Assembly: GCA_965116925.1 (NCBI GenBank)
Contig: OZ220744.1
Location: 2,848,001 to 2,912,000 of the forward strand
DNA from: Candidatus Poribacteria bacterium
GTDB taxonomy: Bacteria > Poribacteria > WGA-4E > PCPOR2b
DNA length: 64,000 nucleotides
Direction of reading: 5' to 3'
Positions 39,672 to 46,987 of this stretch are shown one piece after another. Each line of letters opens with the position of its first letter. Position 1 is the stretch's first letter. A program made the position numbers and the translations under genes. The notes under the pieces were generated by a model. That model made no database searches. It was given only the letters and a program-made list of their open reading frames with translations, and was not told the origin of the DNA.

Positions 39672-40415
39672 ACCTAAGTTGCTAGTCATTAAAAGTCTAT
39701 TGCTTTTTGTCGGGGGTCTCCCCGACCATCTGATAGGTCCTTCGTCTTTCGCTCCAGATGAAGATTAATTTATTAATTGGGTAATTTCCGAGCGATGTCC
39801 GGTGCGGTTGCAAACCGCACCTACCGGGTCTGGGGAAATATAGAATTACCCGTTTAATTTCTTAAAACCCATGAGGAGCGATATGTGTATAGCATATCGG
39901 CAAACCCATTCCCCAAGCCCGAACGGGGCGACATGTGTAAAAGTAGTAGGCATACTCCGTACGCCGTAACCAGCCGGTATCCTGTAGGTTACACAATACA
40001 TAAGCCAACAGTCCGTAGGTTGGGTTGAACGGCTAACCGTCAATCCTTATCAAGCCCAATAGAGGCTCCGTCCTCCAACAACACATGTTTATAGACAGAT
40101 ACAGTGAAACCCAACTCCGTTTGTCATTGGGGTGCTTCCTGTTCAAAAAACTGTTTCGTAAAAGTATTCTTTTGTACCACGATCTGTTAGATTGTGATCC
40201 CAGCCTGCAAACTAATTGTCGAGATATGAATCTCAACCTACGGGCTATCTACCGGTATTAGACTAGACGAGTCTGTCTAGGAAGCCAGACCTACGGGAAT
40301 TTGTTAGGAGTTACGCACCTCGGATTGTAGTTGCCCGATTTATCGGGCGTATTGTGGTTGCCGGCGATAAATCATCGAACTACAAGGCGTTGAACGTTCA
40401 ACTGCGTAAGTCCTA
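39672..40415. repeat. Cluster of nested REP/MITE-like repeats
   Basis: Left part of the 40-291 element, split CGCTCCAG|AGGAGCG hairpin, 116-bp repeat, TAGGAGTTACGCA...TGCGTAAGTCCTA element (40305-40415). Confidence 0.8.
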
Positions 40416-40579
40416 CTTTGTATCAAATAACCCCGTGAATTAAACGAAAGATTCATGTTAAAAGAAAATTGGCTTCCGTGTTTGGGTGCGGTAAAGACCA
40501 TTTTCTGATATGATGGGCAGGAAGCTGGGCACGGTCTCACGACCCAAAACAACGTTGAAAGTGGTGATTAACACTGCTT

Positions 40580-40900
40580 TCACTTTTTTATTGAGGAAAG
40601 TCCATCTCTCAACTCCAAAAGTTGCGCTTCTGACAGGTTTGTGATTTCAGAAATGAGTGTCATCTCCATTCCCTTAGCAAGCATTGCCTTTGCAGTTTCA
40701 ATCCTCCCTTTCTGCTCACCTTCAAGTAGCCCTTCCTGCTTGCCTTCCTGCTTGCCTTCAAGCAGCCCTTCCTGCTTGCCTTCAAGCAGCCCTTCCTGCT
40801 TGCCTTCAAGCAGCCCTTCCTGCTTGCCTTTCTGCTCACCCTCACGCAAACCGTTTTGAAAAATCTGCTGCCTTTCTCTCTCTAACGCTGTGACTAACAT
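40580..40900 (-). CDS. Putative intragenic small protein (RpnS-like), 106 aa
   Basis: Same GAGGAGGTGAAGACG-ATG internal start as copy 1. Confidence 0.7.
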   Translation of the reverse strand: MLVTALERERQQIFQNGLREGEQKGKQEGLLEGKQEGLLEGKQEGLLEGKQEGKQEGLLEGEQKGRIETAKAMLAKGMEMTLISEITNLSEAQLLELRDGLSSIKK

Positions 40901-41614
40901 CGTCTTCACCTCCTCTTCAGTCCGATAAATGGACTCCAATGACTCATAATCGTCAGATTCAAGCCGACCATGAAAAGCCAACTGCTTAAACCAGTTTAAG
41001 AACAGACTCACCGCCTGTCTGTCACGCTCCGATGAAAACAGATTCAGCAGTTCTACCTCTAGCACTTTTACATCATAATAGGATTCTGCCAAGAACAATG
41101 TCGATACGATGTTCCGGATCTTTAACAACGCCTCCTGACTGTATCGGTTCTCAGCAATCAGGAAATACTGGAAATCTAATGCAAATGCACCGAGGGGTGG
41201 GGTCTGCTCAATTAACGCCGAAAGGTTGACCGGTGCCGTCCAACGTGCCTCTCCATTGTAAAGCACGATTGGAAAGACCGCTGGTAATTTTTGAACACTC
41301 TTATTATTGACGAGAAAATCCATGTAAAAGTTGGTGATGTAGTTCAGCACCCGCAACGCCATGAACGGGTCAACGGTGGATTGAAACTCGATAAGAATAT
41401 AAATATAGACCTCGCGGTCCTGAGACTGGATTTTGTAGATTAAGTCGCTCTCGGTCTCTTTGTAGTGTTCGGAGATAAAGGATTTATCAAGGGGTTCGCA
41501 GGTGTCGAAATCAAGCGAATGGACCCACTCTTGGTTGACGAAGGTCTCAATCAGTTGTCGAAAGATGGTGCGATTTGAGAATAGTTTCTTATAGCCGCTG
41601 TCGTGAATGTTCAT
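40580..41614 (-). CDS. Rpn/YhgA-family PD-(D/E)XK nuclease, copy 2
   Basis: Highly similar to copy 1 over the nuclease domain; longer C-terminal repeat tract. Confidence 0.9.
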   Translation of the reverse strand: MNIHDSGYKKLFSNRTIFRQLIETFVNQEWVHSLDFDTCEPLDKSFISEHYKETESDLIYKIQSQDREVYIYILIEFQSTVDPFMALRVLNYITNFYMDFLVNNKSVQKLPAVFPIVLYNGEARWTAPVNLSALIEQTPPLGAFALDFQYFLIAENRYSQEALLKIRNIVSTLFLAESYYDVKVLEVELLNLFSSERDRQAVSLFLNWFKQLAFHGRLESDDYESLESIYRTEEEVKTMLVTALERERQQIFQNGLREGEQKGKQEGLLEGKQEGLLEGKQEGLLEGKQEGKQEGLLEGEQKGRIETAKAMLAKGMEMTLISEITNLSEAQLLELRDGLSSIKK

Positions 41615-41657
41615 CCCTAATACCTTATCAACTCATGTTCAGTTATGAACAACCGGT

Positions 41658-41776
41658 CTAGTACACTGTCAGGCAAATTATGATTGTCTATATGGATTGA
41701 GACTCATAATACTTCGTAGGGGTCGGGTCAACCGACCCCCTTGTTGATATGCAAAACTTATATGACTGAGTACTAG
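41658..41776. mobile_element. MITE-like element bounded by CTAG, with GTAG-REP core
   Basis: CTAGTACACTGTCA...TGACTGAGTACTAG imperfect TIRs; internal GTAGGGGTCGGGTCAACCGACCCC. Confidence 0.55.
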
Positions 41777-41846
41777 GTGGCTGTGCCGATTGATGCCTGC
41801 AAGGCAATAAACATCACCATTCCAACCATCATCGGGACATTTGATA

Positions 41847-44800
41847 CTACTTCAAAATCAGCATCCGGCGCGTCGCTGTGAAGTCACCGGCTGTCAGGGT
41901 GTAGAAATAGACGCCACTGGCGAGGGGCTCTCCGAGTTGGTTGCGTCCGTCCCAATAGATTGCACGGCTGCGACTCCAATATATACCCGCCGCCTGATGC
42001 CCTACTGCCAAACGGCGAACCAAATGCCCGTTCATATCGTAGATGGTCAGCGTCACCGCTGCGGGGCCCGCCAACTGATACGGTATCCATGTTTCCGGGT
42101 TAAACGGATTCGGATAGTTTGGCAATAACGCAGTTTGTTCAGGAATTAGTGAGGCTAAAAATTTTTCAAGATTCTGGATACCTTCTTTGAAGGCAAGTGA
42201 ACCGTCATCTTCCAACCGTGCTTGTGCTATCCACGCCTTTATTGTCGTAGCATCTACGCTTTCTGTCCCAACCATCCCGATAAAATCGGGATTCAAAGCA
42301 ACAGGTGCAGCAGGTGATTCGGCAATCCCCTGTGCTACACGGATGAGGTCGAGAATGCTGACAACACCATCGTTGTTGACATCTACTGCCGAGCCGGCAG
42401 ATACTCGTCTCCCCAACTGCTGTGCGACGAGAATCAGATCCAGAATGCTGACAACACCATCTCGGTTCACATCCCCCGTGGTAAGTCGTCCCTCCACCGT
42501 GATTCGGAATTGGTATGATCCTGCAACAATAGTATCACCGGCGACGGAGCCAAACTGGAGTTTTTGTAATGCCACCTCTGTTTCACCGGCAGATTTTGCC
42601 TTGAACCTCACCTGAAGCAAAGCGCCGGTGCCGGTCACACCTTGAGCGACCAGCCGTGCCGCACTGAGTCCTATGATTTTACCCGCTCCGTTATCAATGT
42701 TTCCACTCTGAAAGAAGGTTGTGCCACCCATCTTCAGGAAATTACCCTCGCTCACGTCAATGGCTTCAAGGGCAGCAGGGTCGAACACAATATCAAACTG
42801 CCACCCTGCCAAATCAGTGACATTTTCCGCGCGGATCTCAAGGGTAAAGGTATCACCGAAATGAATTGGGGGCTTGGAAAAGGCGTAGCCGACACCAGTT
42901 GATACCGTATATTCAGTGCCGGGTTTAAACCCAAACTTGCCGTTATGAATCCTACCACCTATCCCAACAGCAACTAATAGAATATTTTTCCCCGCCCTAA
43001 GCGTGACCGGGGCAAAATCGGTGTAATCACCAGACCCCCAAATGTTGAAGTTCTCATAAACTACAACTCCATTGAGCCACACCTTGACCTCATTATCGGC
43101 ACCGACGTGCAACGTTGTCTCCTGTTCCCGCGGAGAATAGAGGGGTACAATGCCGTAGATACTTCCGTCAGGAGGGTCGTGCCCCAGCATCTCACCGATA
43201 TTATTTTGTGGCTCAGAAGGGAGTCTGTAAGATGTCCATACCATATCGCCAACAGGGGTTCCCGCCGTTGCTCCATCGGTGGCAACAGCTAATTCTGTCA
43301 CCGTACTCCCACTCGCTTCTGACAGTAAATCCGCACCACCGCTTTCCAGCTCTGCGCCCGGTAACAGCACCCATAGCCACGGTCCCTCTATCTTCGGCCC
43401 TCCTTTTGGAATCCCCGGATTTTCAGCCCAAAAGACTGTTATCTTCTCGCGTAACTCCTCCAAAGGTGACAGGTTAGAAATGTTGTTGCGACTGACCGAT
43501 AGCCATGTTAAGTTGGTTAAGTTCAAAATCGGTAATACGTTCGATATCTCATTCTTCTCAAGATTTAGCCATTTCAAGTTAGTTAGCCCCGCAAGCGGCG
43601 ATATATCCGATATGTCGTTGTCAAGAAGCCCCAAACGCTCTAACGCGGTAAACCCTGCAAGCGACGATAGATCTGATATATTGCTGTGATTGAGATACAG
43701 TTCATTTAAGAGAGTTAAGCCTGCCAAAGATGACAGGTCAGAAATGTTGTTGTCACCGATCGATAGCCATGTTAAGTTGGTTAAGTTCAAAATCGGCGAT
43801 ACGTCCGATATCTCGTTCCTTTCAAGATTTAGCCATTTCAAGTTAGTTAGCCCTGCAAGCGGCGATATATCCGATATGTCGTTGCCAGCAAGTCCCAAAC
43901 GTTCCAACGCGGTAAACCTTGCAATCGGCGGTATATCCGATATGTTGCCGTCATGAAGATACAGTTCTTTCAAGCGGGTTAAGCCTGCCAAAGGAGTTAG
44001 GTCTGATATCAGTCCGGTGCCCGGAAGATATATATGCTCCAGTTTTGTTAGTCGTGCTAGGGGAGATAAATCGGATATAGAATGCCCTCCCGCATGAATG
44101 ATTCTCAGGTTAAGTAACCCGGCGAGTGGTGACAGGTCGGATACTTTTGCTCCCCCGACATTAAACCATATATTGTCTAAATTGATTAGTCCGGCGAGTG
44201 GCGATAGGTCGGATACGTTGGACCGAGGAAAACTTAAAGTCCTTAGATTGATTAGTCCGGCGAGTGGTGATAGGTCGGAAATTTGATTGTGTCCGACCTC
44301 TAACCATTCCAAGTTAGTCGCGAACTGAAGCCCTGTCAAATCACGGATGTCCCTATTCACTGCGTCGAGTCCTTCTAATTTTTCCATATCCTCTACAGTA
44401 ATTGGGGCATTGGGGCTTTTGCCCAGCTCCTCTGCAATCGCTGCACGCAGGTTTGTGTCAGGGATATGAACAACTCCACCCGGTAACAGCTCCGGCTGCG
44501 ATGGACTGTCAACTTGAGACTCAGGGAAATCCAGCGCAAATATCACATCATCAAAACCTTCAGTCCACGCATCCCGTTTCATACTCCCATTTGGGCTGTC
44601 TAACACCAACAAACCGATATTCTGTAATCCCACATTCTCACGAATCTTCTCTTGGAAGACATCGGTTTCTAAGCCAACTACGGCTGCAGCATACGCAGCG
44701 TCCACAGGTTCCTGAAACACCTCATGGAAACGGAATATAGGCTCAATGTCGTCAACCGCACCGCCTGTCGCCTCAAGCGCAGTTTCATACCTGTCCATGT

Positions 44801-46199
44801 CTCCAGCAATAAGTTCGTCCATCACCGCCTGTTCAACGTAGAGTCTCAACGCATGCGCTTTATCAAAAGCAGGGGTGGCATTACTCTCTATCACAGTACG
44901 CACCTCGTCCTCAAACGTCTTCATTCCCTCCGTATGACAACCGAAACAGGAGAGCCCGTTACGCACCTTCGGGTTACTCGCAGCGGGATTGGAAACAATG
45001 TCTGTCGGTGCTGCGTCCAGACGGGAGCCGGACGCATTGGTAATATAGTAGCCCTGTAACCCATTGGGAAGATTGAAGATCGCTTCACCACCATCGGGCG
45101 TGAAAGAGAGCGGATGGGTGAGGATGTTCTGTGTCCCAACACTACCAGCGAAGTCATAACTCTTCCAATATGCCCCATAACGAGAGGTGTGTCGTTCTAT
45201 CACCCGATTATTAGTCGAAACACCTGAATGGTTGGTCCCCGCCCGCCAGACATCAACTCCCGGCGCATTGGTGATATTGCGTGCCACATCAACCTCCAAT
45301 CGGGTCTCTAACTCCCTATCTGTCAATGGCAATGAGAGTAGATCATGGTATAGTGGAGGTAGAGATGCTTGTGCGACAAACCAGTCGATATGAATAGATG
45401 GGATATCCGTCTTCATCTCCCCCTGTAACCGCGTCAGTTGTGCTTTTAGTGCGGTCTGTGTCGGTGCATCAAACCCGATATGATAGGGATATTCCGCTTC
45501 TATCTGCCCCCACCCGTCATTGACGTCCCACTCGTAGTGTCTGAGGTCGATATAGAAGATAGTCTCTTGTAGGTCGATGGGTTGTGGGTTGGTAATTTCA
45601 CGCTTCCATGAGAGACTGTTGACTAATTTATAGAGTCCCTTGCGGTATTCTTGGAGAATCCCCACAGACTCCCCTGCATTATAGAGATGTGTCATTGTGA
45701 AGTAACGAGCAAAAGCACGGTCAAAGGGTGTGAGTGACATCAGGTGGGTCTCAATGATATTAAGTATTTCACCCTGAGAGATGAAATCGCCATCGGTTGT
45801 AGCCACTGTCGCCCAATCAGGAGCACCGGCTAATATCCAGCTTTTCACTGTTTCAATCTGTGAATCGGGTAAAGGGGGACCGCCTAGCGGCATGAGTTGT
45901 CCGCCTTCTCCAAGAAGCCGCTTATACAGCCTAGAAGCTTCTGGGTTTCCCGGAACAACGGGACCGTTTTCTGTAATGAGTGCGTTGTGTTCCATTAAGA
46001 GGGTCTCTTTATAAGCACCGTCAGGACCGTGGCAGTTGAAGCAGCTCCGTTCAAAGATAGCGTAGGCATCTAGGGCAATCTGTTGTTGGGGGTATACAGT
46101 TTGATAACTCAAGATGCACATCAATAAACCGATGCAGATGCTGAGACGCTGTTTCTGACAGAAACCAATCAAAGAAGATATTACATGACGCTTAAACAT
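41847..46199 (-). CDS. Large exported protein: c-type cytochrome motifs, internalin-like LRRs, cohesin, dockerin and YPNPFN C-terminal (FlgD-Ig/T9SS-CTD-like) domain
   Basis: Signal peptide; CFNCH and CFGCH; IPDTNLRAAI cap and 22-aa N.ISDLSPLAGL repeats; LAGWQFDIVFDP; GDVNRDGVVSILDL x2; LLPNYPNPFNPETWIPY...WDGRN..GE.LASGVYFY. Confidence 0.88.
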   Translation of the reverse strand: MFKRHVISSLIGFCQKQRLSICIGLLMCILSYQTVYPQQQIALDAYAIFERSCFNCHGPDGAYKETLLMEHNALITENGPVVPGNPEASRLYKRLLGEGGQLMPLGGPPLPDSQIETVKSWILAGAPDWATVATTDGDFISQGEILNIIETHLMSLTPFDRAFARYFTMTHLYNAGESVGILQEYRKGLYKLVNSLSWKREITNPQPIDLQETIFYIDLRHYEWDVNDGWGQIEAEYPYHIGFDAPTQTALKAQLTRLQGEMKTDIPSIHIDWFVAQASLPPLYHDLLSLPLTDRELETRLEVDVARNITNAPGVDVWRAGTNHSGVSTNNRVIERHTSRYGAYWKSYDFAGSVGTQNILTHPLSFTPDGGEAIFNLPNGLQGYYITNASGSRLDAAPTDIVSNPAASNPKVRNGLSCFGCHTEGMKTFEDEVRTVIESNATPAFDKAHALRLYVEQAVMDELIAGDMDRYETALEATGGAVDDIEPIFRFHEVFQEPVDAAYAAAVVGLETDVFQEKIRENVGLQNIGLLVLDSPNGSMKRDAWTEGFDDVIFALDFPESQVDSPSQPELLPGGVVHIPDTNLRAAIAEELGKSPNAPITVEDMEKLEGLDAVNRDIRDLTGLQFATNLEWLEVGHNQISDLSPLAGLINLRTLSFPRSNVSDLSPLAGLINLDNIWFNVGGAKVSDLSPLAGLLNLRIIHAGGHSISDLSPLARLTKLEHIYLPGTGLISDLTPLAGLTRLKELYLHDGNISDIPPIARFTALERLGLAGNDISDISPLAGLTNLKWLNLERNEISDVSPILNLTNLTWLSIGDNNISDLSSLAGLTLLNELYLNHSNISDLSSLAGFTALERLGLLDNDISDISPLAGLTNLKWLNLEKNEISNVLPILNLTNLTWLSVSRNNISNLSPLEELREKITVFWAENPGIPKGGPKIEGPWLWVLLPGAELESGGADLLSEASGSTVTELAVATDGATAGTPVGDMVWTSYRLPSEPQNNIGEMLGHDPPDGSIYGIVPLYSPREQETTLHVGADNEVKVWLNGVVVYENFNIWGSGDYTDFAPVTLRAGKNILLVAVGIGGRIHNGKFGFKPGTEYTVSTGVGYAFSKPPIHFGDTFTLEIRAENVTDLAGWQFDIVFDPAALEAIDVSEGNFLKMGGTTFFQSGNIDNGAGKIIGLSAARLVAQGVTGTGALLQVRFKAKSAGETEVALQKLQFGSVAGDTIVAGSYQFRITVEGRLTTGDVNRDGVVSILDLILVAQQLGRRVSAGSAVDVNNDGVVSILDLIRVAQGIAESPAAPVALNPDFIGMVGTESVDATTIKAWIAQARLEDDGSLAFKEGIQNLEKFLASLIPEQTALLPNYPNPFNPETWIPYQLAGPAAVTLTIYDMNGHLVRRLAVGHQAAGIYWSRSRAIYWDGRNQLGEPLASGVYFYTLTAGDFTATRRMLILK

Positions 46200-46375
46200 A
46201 AAGAGGATCTCCTCATGAAACTAATGGTGCGTATTTGCAACGCCTGATCTGTTTTTGCTCTAGGCAGCAACTTGACATATTGGATGCAAAAGCATAGCAC
46301 GCTTAAATACGGTTTGCAAGTGGAAATTTGAAGGGAGCGAATGCACCAATCCCACTTTATAACTTCATTTCATAA

Positions 46376-46404
46376 TTGACAAAAAAAAAGGAAAGGGTTA
46401 TAAT
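46376..46404 (+). promoter_or_regulatory. Consensus sigma70 promoter with a poly-A tract in the spacer
   Basis: TTGACA-17 nt-TATAAT; A9 run starting at the last base of the -35 box. Confidence 0.7.
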
Positions 46405-46987
46405 CATTCTATCAGCTATTTCTGAAAAGTGCTCATAAGTTCCCCCACAGTGCGGGAGAGGCTTCTCCCGATGTTTCACCCGATTTCATCGGGAATAAAT
46501 CGGCACTAGCCTTAATACGTATCAGGACACTTGGGTGTCAAAGATGGAAACTCGACCGATAGGCAACTCAATGAACAAATGGCTCAGGACTTATGCACTT
46601 CAGAGTGTTGAACTGTCAGGGACCTGCCAAATCCCTGACATTTGGCTTGGTTATGGTGCCATTTCAGTGAAAAACGGTTCATAAATACCGCGTATTTGGC
46701 AGGTCAAAAAGCCGTCTGGGCGCACCTTCTGTTGGATGGTGAAAATCTACAAACGCTCTGAAGCTAGGCCCCATCAGGGTTCAGAGAGATACCGGCTAAT
46801 GATGAACCCCCGATTCGATGTTGAATTTTTTTTTTGGACCTGCCAGGGCCCTGCCAAATCGCCAAATCGTGCCGTTATGCAATGTATATAGCCATACCGA
46901 TTCGCTCCATTTGCGTTTTCAACGTCCTCTGTTTAATCCGCGATTCGGGCGATAATAATGAGCACCTTTCAGCTCTAGGAGATTTGA

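Noticed and set aside
36591..41614. Rpn genes as IS transposases forming a composite transposon
   Set aside because: No terminal inverted repeats or target duplication seen; the family is a PD-(D/E)XK nuclease, not DDE
46410..46612. 6S RNA
   Set aside because: Interior is multi-hairpin and repeat-derived rather than a rod with a central bubble; cannot be called without a covariance model
36389..46900. Integrative island at tRNA-Gly
   Set aside because: No integrase, no duplicated tRNA 3' end found, and the accessory block lies on the tRNA 5' side
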